This document shows positions 1-13,362 of a stretch of DNA of 64,000 bases, piece after piece; the stretch's first letter is position 1, and the number at the start of each line of letters is the position of its first letter. A program made the translations under genes and the position numbers. Below the pieces are notes generated by a model, which saw only the letters and a program-made list of their open reading frames with translations, searched no databases and had not been told where the DNA came from. The DNA comes from Adineta vaga (lineage: Eukaryota; Animalia; Rotifera). The stretch covers positions 2,294,001 to 2,358,000 of the forward strand of contig CP075494.1 of the NCBI GenBank assembly GCA_021613535.1, written 5' to 3'.

Positions 1-314
1 AAGCCGTAACTTACATAACTGACGTACTTTACTGCCGTTTCGTTCGGTGCCGATGCATAATAATTGCTATGTATTTTATATATATTGAAAATTAAAAAAA
101 TGACCTTTTTAAACGCATTTTTCTCTTTTTAATATTTTATATTAAATAAAAGAAATCATTTCAAACTTAATTCTCTTTCAATGATAGAGAGTAAAATGTT
201 GTTTATCATTATGCTATCAATCATAAGTCGAATAATAGGTAATAAAGATTGATTTCGATTTTGATTTTTTTTTCTATTACAAGTTTTAGCAATTTTATAC
301 AATTTACCAAAATT

Positions 315-374
315 TGGGTGTGGGTGTGGGTGTGGTTATGAAGAACAGAGAGATACATCCACACCATCAAGATG
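315..374. repeat. Telomeric-repeat inverted element copy
   Basis: TGGGTGTGGGTGTGGGTGTGG-ttatgaagaacagagagat-ACATCCACACCATCAAGATG. Confidence 0.85.
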
Positions 375-596
375 CTGCTGAAGTCTCATGAAGTGTTTCG
401 AAAGTTTTGAAGCCTACTAAGTATTCAAGTTCACTGTTTCTTTCTTGATCTGCCCTGAATCGTACCTACCTAAGTCTTTGATCTAGTCTAGTTTGAGCTT
501 ACCCAGGCTTAATAGCCCCGCCGCCTATGACCCACACAATACGCTACACATGCAAAATGTTCAGAGTTTTATTCGAAAAAAAATCATTTGCCAAAT

Positions 597-2486
597 TCAT
601 ACATCATCATCATCATTGTTGTCACTCAGTTTGATCTTTTTATTAACATGTTTATATTCTTTCGATTGGATGATACTTTTGCCAAGCCAGATGTTAATTG
701 AAGATTTCTCTCGCCTGCATATCGAACCTTTTCTGTATTTTGAAAGCCATTCGAAAATGGTGTCTATGTCTGATGGACAATAGAAGTTGAATGTAATACT
801 TGATAAATGAGGAAGTCGTTTAAGAACAAGTTTCATTTCATCCACATGCTTAATTGATGTTCTCAAGTGTTTGACATGAGAAGGAACCATACAACAAATA
901 TTATCAGCAGTCCAAATGTTGTACATATTAGAATCGTAACTGATATCTAGCGATATTAAAGAAGGTGTTCTTTGGAGAAAATTGGCGATACTGGCTCGTG
1001 TATTCCGTCTTGTTTTATAAACCGTTCGACCTGTGAATTTTATTTGAACAATTGTTGACAGATCGACTAGTGTCGAAACAGTTAGAATCCAATTTGATGG
1101 TAAATTGTCCTTGAAATTAATTTCCAGTTTTTTTACTTTGCGACATGAAGGATAATTTGTTGTTTCATTCTACAAATGAAGTTTATTAAATGTTACATAA
1201 CATATCGATTTCCATCTAGTGGCTACATGCGATATGTCAAAAAAGGGTGAGTGTAGGTGGGTTTCTCTGCGATATTGGGACCCACACCCTTATACTCACA
1301 TTTTCCTGTATTAATCGTTCAGTGTCTGAGAAAATTAATTTCAATGTAGTCATACGACTATTCTGGATGCACCATTGTCAATCGATTGAGACATAGTAAA
1401 GAGACATATTTTGTCTGTATTCAAGTCATAGATTAGAGAAGATGCAAAAAGTGGAATTGGATAGAGTTTGATGACATCACTTGAATGTTCACAAGTGACA
1501 AATCGTTTGTTTTGTTCGAGCCAGAATGGTGTTCGATATGATGTGATAAGTGATTGAATGTCAGAAAGATCATGTGGAACATATCTTGTTATGCACAAGA
1601 AAAACTCGAAATTGATCAATAACGGAAGATTTGTTTGAATACAGTTTTCCAACCGATTACCATCGACAAACTTTTCATCTATCATCAATCTCATATGAGT
1701 TAATGAAGGCAATAGAGAAAGAAATAGTTCGAAATCGTCAAAATCTAATGTCAGATTTTCTATGGTTAATGAAATAACTTGCCGAAAAAGTGTAGACATG
1801 CATGGTAAACTATTCTGCGCATTAAATCCACCATAGAGCTTGCCTATAACTAGTGTACGTAGGTGGGATAAACAAACAAGAATTTTGCATATTTCAACAG
1901 GAGTTACAGGAGTTTGAATTTTTAGTTGTTGAATGTTTGATTGTTTAGGCCAAACCATTTTTTCTAATTCACACCATTGAAATTCAAGTAATTCGAGTTT
2001 AACTAAATTTGTTTCTGTGATAATCATTGAGAGAGCTTTCGTTCTCATTGATTCTTTAAGTTGATTCTTTTGTTCTTCAACTGTGAATGAGAATGATGTA
2101 AGTGAAGTCTTATTGAATTTTCTAAAAACCATTTCTAACCTATAAGCTGGGACTTTAATTAGAGTTAATGATTGAAGTCGAGTAAATTGACCATCCTTAA
2201 ATAGCGAAAGAAATATGTCAACTTGTCCAGGTGTACTATCATCATCCGAGAGTGTCAATGAGATAATATTCTCAGGATTAATATATTGACAAAATTGATG
2301 AAAATCAGGTTTTGAAATTCCTTGAAAATCGATAGTCCATCGATCATAGTTGTTGATTATTGCTCTCAATCGTCGACATATGTTGCGAAGTGAGAAAAAT
2401 ATTGTTTGTCCATCCATATAATAGAAAATACGATGTAGAATTTCGACAGGTAATGCTTCCAATGATTCGTTCTGTTCGTTCGACAT
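597..2486 (-). CDS. F-box domain / LRR-like protein (2 exons: 2486-1356, 1169-597)
   Basis: N-terminal F-box motif LEALPVEILHRIFYYMD and LRR-like segments. A GT-AG intron at 1355-1170 joins ORF 1350-2486 in frame to ORF 597-926. Confidence 0.8.
1244..1299. repeat. Telomeric-repeat inverted element copy (intronic)
   Basis: AGGGTGAGTGTAGGTGGG-tttctctgcgatattggga-CCCACACCCTT, inside the 186-bp intron of the F-box gene. Confidence 0.75.
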
Positions 2487-2996
2487 TGGAATGAAGGAAG
2501 AAAATGTTGAATAATTATTCTACACCGTGTGTTATTCGTTTATGAGAATGTTTTATAGGCAAGTCTTGCACAACTGATGGAAAATATATAAAAGTTCTTC
2601 TTTCCTTCTTGAGAGAAATTGGAGAATGAAAAATAAACGACACAAAGTCATTTGTCTTGTTTTTGACACATTTTGAAAGTATAGATAGAAAAAAAGAGTC
2701 AAACATGGACTAGAATATGATTGGTTCAAATAACAAAGGATGACGTAGGTACACTTTTATATGTATAGCGTCTGCGTATAACTTATGGTTTTCTATTGTT
2801 TTTTTGCTACACCACGTGAGACATCTCTAAGAAAAAAAGGTAAACATTCATAGTGTATATATACTTTTTACGTATATTTACATAACAGCTTATTGTAAGC
2901 ATAACAAATTCGCATCGATATTATCGAAATCAATCAGTTATTTACTGCTGATTTTTATGAGAGAAAAGTAATAAATTAAGTATTTCATTTCTAGAA

Positions 2997-3180
2997 ATGA
3001 CTAGCATTCCAACAGATGTTCGTAATTCTTTCGAGTTAAATCTCTTAATTGCACGTTCTTGCGCTATACTTCGTCAATTATTCAAAATTCGTTATGCTAT
3101 GTTTAACAATGGTAACATATGGGACGACTCGCCAACATGTGGAAACAACTATTCAGTTAATGTAATTCCAAAAAACAAAA
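2997..3180 (+). pseudogene. Truncated N-terminal gene fragment (possibly a DZIP3/HEPN-like N-terminal domain)
   Basis: MTSIPTDVRNSFELNLLIARSCAILRQLFK...WDDSPTCGNNY reads as protein for ~61 codons, then runs straight into the inverted element at 3181. Domain identity is tentative. Confidence 0.45.
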
Positions 3181-3263
3181 CCATCTTGAGGGTGTGGGTG
3201 GGTGGGTGTGTGACTAGCTGGGTACTGGCGTAAACTCTGATAAACACCCACACCCACCCCACC
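3181..3263. repeat. Telomeric-repeat inverted element copy at a gene-fragment junction
   Basis: CCATCTTGAGGGTGTGGGTGGGTGGGTGTG-core-CACCCACACCCACCCCACC. Confidence 0.9.
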
Positions 3264-4066
3264 TGTTTTAAAGGACTACTTTTGTTTCTTTTTGGTGATT
3301 TTTTTAAAAATTTTGATTCATCATCTTTTGTTCAATTTATTGTTTTATTATCATTAATATCATCATGAGCCATCATATGTTCAGTAGTATTACGTCTCAT
3401 TGCAAAACCTTTATCATGTAGATCTTTAATTAATTCATTTGTTGTTGGCATATTTTGTGTTAAACCTAATTGACTTACTGGATCAATTGCGCCTTCCATT
3501 AAACGAGATTTACCATATAATGGACAAATTTTATCTGTATTTATATGACCCCATTTTTTACATTTTAAACAATGTACCTAAAAGAAGAAAATTATAGATT
3601 CGAAATTCTATTGTTGATTAATTTAAACTTACATTTCTAACTTCAATACCAAATGGTTGATCTCGAATTGTTTCATCATTTTTTGTCCATGCTTCTCGAT
3701 GTACATTATATTTTCTTTGCCATTCAAATTTTGGCTCATCATTTTTAATAAATAATGTTCCATCAGAACGTCGAAGTTCTTGTTCTTCTTTTTTAGCCAT
3801 ACCAGCTGGTGGATTATACATAAATGAAAGACCTAGACGAGCTTTTTCATCACCCATTAATTGTTTATTTGAGAAAACTTCGTGTTCACGTTCATGTTGT
3901 TCACGTAATTCTTGTTGTCTTCTTTTTTCACTAGCATATTTTTATGATATGTTGGATCAAAAATTTTTTTTTTCATAAAATTTGCATAACCTTATTCATT
4001 AGAGAGAAAACAAAAGATTTTTCAGATATTGAAATATAATAAAAATTAAATTCTTACCTTCCCCAT
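3264..4066 (-). pseudogene. CIR1: CIR1 (corepressor interacting with RBPJ) homolog, frameshifted and 3'-truncated
   Basis: MGK/GYANFMKKK..., [61 protein letters not shown] match CIR1. It has a frameshift after the N-terminal motif and an in-frame stop near 3335, and the sequence ends at the inverted element. Confidence 0.8.
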
Positions 4067-5691
4067 GATTGCTGTCTTGTTTGAATTTAAATGTTAAGAA
4101 CTAACTGTAACTATGTGTGTAATTACAAATAGTGTCTCGATCGTCTCGATATTCAATAAAATACGATCTTCGGGAAAGGTATCTTTATTGAAGGGAAGAA
4201 AGATGAAAAGATATATTTATATTACACATACATATAACGACAGTTGTAAAATCATTCCACTGTCTCAGAAATAGGAACTGATGAAAGAAAGAAACAAAAT
4301 CCATATTTTATCAATTGTTGTTTTATTTATTTGACTTCATATTTTATTTTCATTAGAATAAAAAAATTTACTATATTAAAAAATAACTTTTGGAGTACTG
4401 GAGTATCGCTTTTTCCCCGTTGAATATTCTATATCGTTACTTAAAGGATAGAAGAGAATAAAACACAGAGTTGATGCATGCTAATGATGGAACATATTAA
4501 TTGTTATAGAAAAGAAAAGAAGAAACAGTTGAATAATTCTATATTGGTAAACATATTAGGTAATCTACAGAAAAAATATTGCTCCTAATACTACATTTAA
4601 AAACATTTCAAAGTCAATAACTTTCCAAAAATTTCCTCCAACGCGCATTGGCGCACACGACCATATTCTGCACCCCTGATTTGCCCAGTCGAGGACTACG
4701 AAAATGACTAACAACTCCAATAGTGGTTTGAAACTGATTAAAAGTCAAGAAATATGATTTTTAGTCGCTTTATTTTCATACAGAGAGTTCATGGAGAATT
4801 CAGACGTGAGAAAACAATACAATTCTTATCTCATTCAAAAACAATGAACAATTTTGAAAAAGTAAGTTTCCCCTATGGTTGCGCTACTCTTGTCATATAT
4901 ACATATTTTTGTTTGCTTATCGTTTTACTGACGCTATTTCATATTTATCAAACACATATTCAAAATAATTCTACAAGAATGATTAAATTTGATCTATCGT
5001 GAAAGATTTCGTAAGTGGTAAATTACAACGCAGTGATAGTTGATTGATCTATACAACGATTATGTTGGTATCCATAAATCTAAGAGGTATTGAATTAGTT
5101 CGATAATGAATATAACTTTGATATTTTCCTGATCATTAATATTCATCATAATAATTACGAGGAAATTTTAGTATAATTTTTCATTTATTTTCGAATTGAT
5201 GGTACACATAAAGTAATTGTTTTATATTTGAAATCGAAAGAGATAGTTCACAGAAAAAGATGTGCTTAAGTAGCATATTGATTTGAATTTTTTTCCTATT
5301 CTATACCCTTTTTCAGAAGTACGCTTGTAACTATTTCTAAATGGTCTCACTATGATTGTTAGTTAAAAATTCAACAAAAATGAGCATTAAATCATGATTT
5401 ATTTCTTCCGATATTCTCATAATTATTCGTAATAGAACATGTTGAACAGTTTTAATGATCCTCATCGTTAGTAATTTACCTTTTATGGTACTTATGTTTG
5501 GAATTCCAATGATTTTTTCATCTCTCTTACTCATGAAAAAGATCCCAAGCAGATTCAATATTATGATTCATCTTGTATTTTTTTAGGATATTTTATTCAT
5601 GTTACATCTGCTGCAAAAAATTAGTTTTTTTTTATTAACTAACTTTCTCTATTTTATATTCGTTCGGTATGTGAAGGAAATGAATACATTA

Positions 5692-7337
5692 GGCTATTTC
5701 CATGGTACTTGTGACAAAAAAACACAACATTCACCAAATCGTTTGATACTTTCAGGGCTCGTGTAATAGTCACTTCTAAGACTTTTTTGCTCTTGGACAA
5801 AAGTTATACGATGTCTTGTTCAAGAGTTGTAGCCCAAACACCAAACACCCTCCGGAACGATTTTTTAAAGTATCTAATTCTTTATAACACTGCTAGTTTT
5901 GCACTACTTTGTGCTATAGAGATTCTGATGATAGATTTGGATTCCTCATCATCAGGGCTACCAGAATCACTATTTTGAGAAAAATTTTGGACTCATCTCT
6001 GAACGACGGAGCTCTGGAAACCCCTTTCAACAGCCGAGTATTCCAGGCTCAAAAACTCCATAAATAGAGAACTCTGAATTTCGCGAAGTATCTCATTTGA
6101 TAGAGAATCAAAAGATCTATCGAACCATATGTGCGCCGTCGGGGGGAGTAAGATTTCACCGAGATAGGGTCTCCATAAAACTGATATGGGTTTTTGAAAA
6201 ATCATAAACTCTTTTTTGTCAAATTGAACCAAAAATATCAGAAAAAACTTTATTATATGGATCATGGCGTAGTGGTACGTAGAAGATCGCTTAGATCCAT
6301 CAAGATTCTACAAAGGTCTCTGGAGAACTATCTCAGATCTATACTATTTTCCATTGATACATGTATTAATAGATCAGTACTGCAATGTTAATACTTTAAT
6401 TATAAGAAAAGCCTGGTTCTGCAAGTACGAGAAGAAAAAGAAACCGCGGAAGAACTTGTTGAAGTGTGAATGTTTCTGAGTCTGAGCTACTGAATAATGG
6501 AACACATACTTGAAGAAACAAACCAAACCACACACAGAATCGAACAAAAAAAGAGTAGGAGATAAAATAACATAGAACAAGGGAAGGCCAGTTAGACGAA
6601 AAGGCACAGTTTTAAAGGCATGATCAAGTAATCTTCTGCTACCCTTTCGCATCATTTTCAAATTCTTACGTGGTTTCAATAAAGTTAGCACCAAGGTAAT
6701 TCTACAGAGACCTTTGTAGAATCTTGATGGATCTAAGCGATCTTCTACGTACCACTACGCCATGATCCATATAATAAAGTTTTTTCTGATATTTTTGGTT
6801 CAATTTGACAAAAAAGAGTTTATGATTTTTCAAAAACCCATATCAGTTTTATGGAGACCCTATCTCGGTGAAATCTTACTCCCGCCCGACGGCGCACATA
6901 TGGTTCGATAGATCTTTTGATTCTCTATCAAATGAGATACTTCGCGAAATTCAGAGTTCTCTATTTATGGAGTTTTTGAGCCTGGAATACTCGGCTGTTG
7001 AAAGGGGTTTCCAGAGCTCCGTCGTTCAGAGATGAGTCCAAAATTTTTCTCAAAATAGTGATTCTGGTAGCCCTGATGATGAGGAATCCAAATCTATCAT
7101 CAGAATCTCTATAGCACAAAGTAGTGCAAAACTAGCAGTGTTATAAAGAATTAGATACTTTAAAAAATCGTTCCGGAGGGTGTTTGGTGTTTGGGCTACA
7201 ACTCTTGAACAAGACATCGTATAACTTTTGTCCAAGAGCAAAAAAGTCTTAGAAGTGACTATTACACGAGCCCTGAAAGTTTCAAACGTTTTGGTGAATG
7301 TTGTGTATTTCGTGTCACAAGTACCATGGAAATAGCC
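5692..7337. mobile_element. Non-autonomous foldback-type DNA transposon with ~640-bp terminal inverted repeats
   Basis: 5692-6330 is a near-perfect reverse complement of 6697-7337 (mirror ORFs 5787-5978 and 7050-7241), with a 366-bp spacer. Flanks are duplicated: ATTA with GGC..GCC termini, or CATTAG with GC..GC termini. No transposase ORF. Confidence 0.9.
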
Positions 7338-7436
7338 ATTAGTATACCGTGCACCAAAATATCATTTCTCTCTATGGGCCATTGAAACTCAAGTCTTCGA
7401 GATAAGAATGTAAGTTGATATGGATCACGAACAGAT

Positions 7437-7453
7437 ACCCTCACCCTCAAGAT
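7437..7453. repeat. Single C-rich arm of the inverted element
   Basis: ACCCTCACCCTCAAGAT. Confidence 0.65.
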
Positions 7454-7583
7454 ATGGTCTAGTATACAGCGTTTTGACTGTATTTATCTTAAGAAAAGTA
7501 CCGAAGTGTAGTTCAATGACAATATTTATTCTAAAGGAAATAACATAACAAATTTCTATGAAATGAAAGAAAGTTTAGTTTGA

Positions 7584-10500
7584 TTATTGTAATAATTGAC
7601 ACTTCTTCCAATAATTCAAATATAATTTAATCAAATTTGAATCAATTTTTGGACAATTTTTTAAAATTTCACATTTTTCAGTTGTTTTTATCGTTTCATA
7701 TTTTGATAATTCCAAAATCCCATTGTCACTACATGATTGTTCAAAAAATGATGATAATTTCACAAGAGGATTCGTTTTATCTGTTGTTGTTAAAATAGCA
7801 TCGATAAATGCTTTTGGAGACACTGTATCGAAATTTAAACCAGCTGTACGAAGTGAGTTTAAATAATCATTATATGTAATCAAATATGGATTAAGAAGAT
7901 GATAAACACGTTCATTAGTTGATATTGAAGCTTGAAAAGACGATTTTAAAGCTAAATCAACTAATGAAGCACTACAAATATCAACAGGTATCCAATTAAC
8001 ATCTTCTCCAACATTGGCCATTTTCTTTAATCGTCCAGCACCTGCATAAATTATCATCGAAGCCATTTCATCTCCATTCCAAACACCATTTTCTGTATCA
8101 CCACTTATTTGACCAACACGATAAATGTTAATTGGTACATCTAAAATATACATAAATCGATAATATATTTTTGTTTTTCCAATAATCGAAAAACTTACGC
8201 CATAAATTCATTGCTGCCCAACATAAATGTTCAGCAACATATTTACTTTGCCCATATCCTTGTGCTAATGCAACTTGTGCCATTCTTGGCAATGGTTCTT
8301 CTTTAATTGTAGATAATCGACCTGAACCAGCTGATGCAATACTTGAAATAAAATGAAATTGCATATTATTGAAAGTTGATAATTTCAAAAGATTATAAAC
8401 CCCAAGGATAGAATCATATTCGAAATCTTTTATAGTTTGATTAAAATTCATTTTCCATGCTAAATGAATAATATCTGTTACTTCATTTTGTAATTGTTGA
8501 TAAATATCATTAGTTTGACCTAAAGATTCTTCACTCAGATTCATTGATAAAGGTAAAATAATAAGACGTTGTGTGGAAATTGATGTATCTAATTGTCGTT
8601 GTTTAAATGAATCGAAAAGACGTTGTTTAGGATTTGAACCACGTAAAAGACAATAAACACGTTTAACAATCGATTCTGATTGTTTAAGTAAATCTCGTAT
8701 AACAAAATTTCCTAATGAACCATTAGCACCTGTAATAAGAAAAACACGTTCATTTTGTTGATTTTCTTTTGATGATTGAATGATATTTGTTGTTTTGATT
8801 AAATGAATATATTTATCAATGATTTGTTCAGTTAATTTATAATGAAATGGATCATCAGATTGTTGATTTGAAATCTTTTCTGATTTGAAATATTTATTTA
8901 ATTCTTCAACCATTTGATCAATTGAAGAAAATTCATAAATAAAATTCTTTGATATTTCATATATATTTTGACAAATAAGATTTCTTAATTCAATTGCTTG
9001 TAAAGAATTTATACCAAAATCAAAAATTGATCGTGAAGAATTATTTATTTTTGTTTGATCATAATTGTGTACGAATAATTTCATTTTATCTTCTAAATAT
9101 TGTTTTATGGTTTCTTTTGTCCATAATTGATTATTTCCATTTGTTTTTGTCTTTTGTCTTTCTTGTTGTTGATTCAAAAATTTATCATAGATTTTTTTAA
9201 TTAATATTGAATATTCTTCATTAACTTTTCGTCTCATTAAATTACCTTTATGTGTTACAGGTAAAGTTCTATTCATTGGAATGATTTTAACAAGTTGTCG
9301 AAGAATATGTGAATGAGATGGTGCTTTTTGATTAGTTTCATCAACAACTTGCCAAATTTTATCTTCAATTTCATCAAATTCATAATTCGATGCTTCTTCA
9401 ATATTCAATTGAATCAATGCACTTGTACAAAATTGATTATGACCAATAACAGCTACTTGTTTAACAAGAGGTGAAGATCGAATGGAATTTTCCATAACAA
9501 CAGGATTGGTTTTTTCACCATTGATATGAACTAATGTATCATCTTGACGTCCTATGATGATATATTCTCCGGAATTAGGTGGATCTTCAAGAAGTATATC
9601 ACCAGTCGTATAACAACCATTTGTATAATTATAAACATTTTCAGCTAAATATGGATCATCAGGTAAATGAATTAGAATTTTTTCATTCGAATTTTGTGCA
9701 TTTGGTGCTGTTTCAATACGAATATATGGTTTTCGAACATCAGGAATTTGCATAGATTTCCATTTTTTATCATAAGGATTGAAATTTTTACCAAGAATCA
9801 TACCAGTTTCTAGAAAATATAAAACAAGAAAATTCATCTCTTCAAACTACTCAATATATCAATAAATAACCTGTTGCACCATAAATACTTAAAAGTATCA
9901 CACCATTATCAGCTAATATTTGACATAATTCATCTGGACAACTGGCTCCACCATACATAACAAATCTTAAATTTGCTAATGGTTCAAAACTAACACAATT
10001 GTTCTTTTCAGAAAGTAATTCTTGTACAAGTTGTTCAAGTAAACTGGGTACTGTAATTAAAACTGTAATGCCATTTTTTACTCGTACATTGTTCAACAAT
10101 TCATTTGGTTTAGGTGGAAAAGTAACACAAAGTGGTAATGCATATGTACATCCACTTAAAATAGCACATGTCGTATCAAAAAAAGCCAAAACATGAAATC
10201 TAAAAAGGCTATAATAGATATGCTATTGATAACAAATGAAACTTACAATGCACCCCATACTAATATAACATCATCTTCTCGCCAAAAATCTTTGTTAATG
10301 GATGGATAGAGAGTAGAACTAATTAGAAAATATCGATTGGTTAAATAAATTGGCTTTGGATAAGTTGTACTTCCAGAACTAAAAATAATCACTATAATAA
10401 AATTAACTATTTTGAAATAATTCTTACCTATGAATAATTATAATTGTTTTATTAAGTTCTTCATCGTTTTTTTCTTCGATTGGAATAATATTGAATGTCG

Positions 10501-11014
10501 TTGGACATTCCAAATCTTTCTTTTCTAGTATATGTTCAATATTGAATTCATTAGTATCGAGAAAAAGAACTTTCAAAAATTGGAATTCTTCTTTTTCTTG
10601 GATTAATTGTATCATTGACATATATTGAGATGTTGCCAATAAAAGTTTGGTTTTCGTTTCTTTCAATAGATGTTCAATTGCTGCTTGGGAATTTCTTGAT
10701 GAAATTGGAAACATAATAACATTTGGCAATTTTAATAATGCATATTCACATAGCAAATAATTCAAACCATCAGCTGCTAACAAACCACATGTAATTGTTT
10801 CGTTTGATATCGATAAAGATGGAAAATATTTGAAAATTTTCTCTGCTAAATGATTCGTTACATTATTATATTGTTTGTACGTAAGAGTTGCATATTGTGT
10901 TGAATTGGTCTTTGGATCAGGATATAAAACTGCATTTTTTTCTGGTCTTATTTTTGCTTGATATTCAAGAGCACCAACGAGAGATGAAAATGGTAATTTG
11001 CGTATCTGTTCCAT
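7584..11014 (-). CDS. NRPS-like adenylation-thiolation-reductase (carboxylic acid reductase-like) enzyme, 5 exons
   Basis: A domain (HSSGSTTYPKP, YGATETG, YTTGD, GRQDD, GEKTNP), PCP (FDFGINSLQ) and SDR-type R domain (TGANGSLG, GYGQSKYVAE). Introns 10427-10379, 10246-10200, 9870-9810 and 8198-8141 restore one frame. Confidence 0.9.
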
Positions 11015-11250
11015 TTTGTTTGGAAATTAACACACAACGAACAATAAGTTTGGTATTATATATGTATCATATATGGTTTCGATTTCTTGCTATCCGTGGT
11101 TTATATAGCAATGCATATTGACCCGTTCGAGAACGAACTTTTCGTACGTTCAAATAATTCTATAACGAATTGTCCAGGCATTTGTAAACATAATTCGAAA
11201 AGAAAAAGAAAGGTCATGGATCAAAGTACAAATGAACATTACCGGGTCAG

Positions 11251-11283
<33 letters not shown>

Positions 11284-11550
11284 ATGTGATGAGAGGGCAA
11301 TCCTTATCGTTTACTTTATTATGTTTGATTTCTTCATACATAATATCAATCGTAAAAGTCAACTAGAAATACATTTTCATTTTTTTTCCGACATTCGTAA
11401 GAAAATCAACACATTATGATCAATAGTTCTAAACAGTGAATTGATAATAACAGATGTTCCAGGAGAAATGAGTCTTTCATATTTTAATAATATTGCTCTT
11501 ACTATACATTGGTTCAAACAAAATGTTATTTTACAAAATTTATATGAACG

Positions 11551-11621
11551 ATGTTGAGGGTGGGTATGGGTGTGAGTCTTAATATAACAGAGGCACCGTC
11601 AATCACACACATACATCCTCG
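11551..11621. repeat. Telomeric-repeat inverted element copy
   Basis: ATGTTGAGGGTGGGTATGGGTGTGAG-core-TCACACACATACATCCTCG. Confidence 0.8.
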
Positions 11622-12062
11622 CCTTCTCTTATTTCTGTTTGAGATGAAAGTCTTTTCAGTTTGTTCTTTGCAGCAGTCCTTTCTTTCTTTTCTAATTTAT
11701 TTCTTACTGCTTCTTCTCCTTCATTTATTTATAATGAATTGTAACTCAAAATTGAAATCTAAGTTGTTTTTTTCATCTACAAGAACTTATAGTTTACTAT
11801 GATATGAGTTAATTTGACTAAAATAATATTTAATATGTGATCTCTGTAAAACAAAATGTAGGTTAATTCTCCGTAAGCCTTAATTCTGTTTGACGTATGT
11901 GTGATCTTCTGTTCTTTTATTTTTTCTATCAAAATAAACATTCTGCTCGTCACCACGAGCTAACAATCTCATTTAATTTAAAAAAATTATATTCATTTAT
12001 TTTCCACAGATATTTTAAGAAGATATCTTTTTCTGCATTCACTTTTAAATTTGAATATAATA

Positions 12063-13125
12063 ATGTCAACAGCAACACAAACACTCTCTAGTCAACTATC
12101 AGCACTATCAGCTAAACTTACATTTTATTATTTAATACCAATTTATGTTATTGGAATATTAGGAAATATATTTAATTTAAATATTTTCTTGCGACGTAAT
12201 TTACGTTCTAATGCATGTTCAAGATATTTTATTGGTCTATCAATTACTCAATTAATTCTTTTTGTTTGTTTTTTTATGATAAGAATCGTAGCTTATCTAA
12301 CCGGTATTGATCTTACTCAAACTGTGACAGGTCTTTGTAAAATAAGAGTTTATCTTTTTGTGTTTACTCTTGGTCTTATACGTCAATTTGTATGTTCCAT
12401 TTCAATTGATCGATGGATTGTAACAACAAGAAATGCAAACATACGAAAATTTAGTACACCAAAGATTGTTAATTGGTTCATGACAGGAAATACTTTATTT
12501 TGGCTTTTATATAGCATTCATGCAGCTATTGGTTACGAGGTATCACCAACACGTGGCTGTACATTTTTATTGAATCCTGATTATTCTTCATTTTATGCAA
12601 TACAAGCAACCATATCATCTATTATACCACTCATTATTATGATAGTATTTAGTATACTTACTTTGCATAATGTACGTAATTATCGACGCATTCAAACAGC
12701 TGCACCAACATCTGGAAATTTAATAGTGGCTGCATCGAATTTACCTGACAATATAAATCGTCGTCGACATGAAATGCAACTTATTAAATTATCTTTTATA
12801 CAAGTGATCTTTTATGCACTTTTCAATATGACAATAACTGTTTATCCTCTGTATTCAAATTTAACAAATTCACAAGTAAAGAGTTCTGACCGAAATGCTA
12901 TTGAAGCATTTCTTAATACTATCAATGTATTTCTTTTCTATACTTACAGTGCTGTATGTTAAGAAACACTTCTTCATGAATTTAATTTATATTTTTATTG
13001 ATTTCTCTATTTAGCTGACTTTTTTTCTTTATACATTGGCATCGAAAACATTTCGTAAAGAATTTCTTCTTACATCTAAACAAGTCGTCATGTATATAGG
13101 TAATATTTTTCGACTATGTGGCTAA
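12063..13125 (+). CDS. Class A (rhodopsin-like) GPCR, 2 exons
   Basis: GILGNIFN TM1 motif, CKIRVY, SIDRW, 7 hydrophobic helices. Intron 12954-13014; exon 2 encodes TM7/helix 8 LTFFLYTLASKTFRKE. Confidence 0.85.
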
Positions 13126-13305
13126 AATAATATCAATTATATGTATGATGTTGTTTATTTCTCAAAATAAAAAGTTTCTTTGTATAGTTATCAACAATAA
13201 CAATTTCATTCAAAGATGGAATGACTACATTTTTCTCTTTTTTTATAAAGAAACTGTACTTCATATTATATATACAACAGTAACTGCAAGAAACGTTCTA
13301 TCGAC

Positions 13306-13362
13306 TATCGTGAGGGATGGATGAGGGTGTTATATAAATGTAGTACCCACAACCTTTAAGAG
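13306..13362. repeat. Telomeric-repeat inverted element copy at the GH16 pseudogene break
   Basis: TATCGTGAGGGATGGATGAGGGTG-ttatataaatgtagt-ACCCACAACCTTTAAGAG. Confidence 0.75.

Noticed and set aside
5787-7241. Duplicate 63-aa ORFs and other ORFs inside the inverted repeat
   Set aside because: Mirror artefacts of the TIRs with non-ATG starts and no transposase motifs
11250-11290. (AAAG)n/(AG)n tract and ORFs 11087-11419 and 11150-11362
   Set aside because: Ordinary microsatellite in a promoter region; the ORFs are low-complexity chance frames
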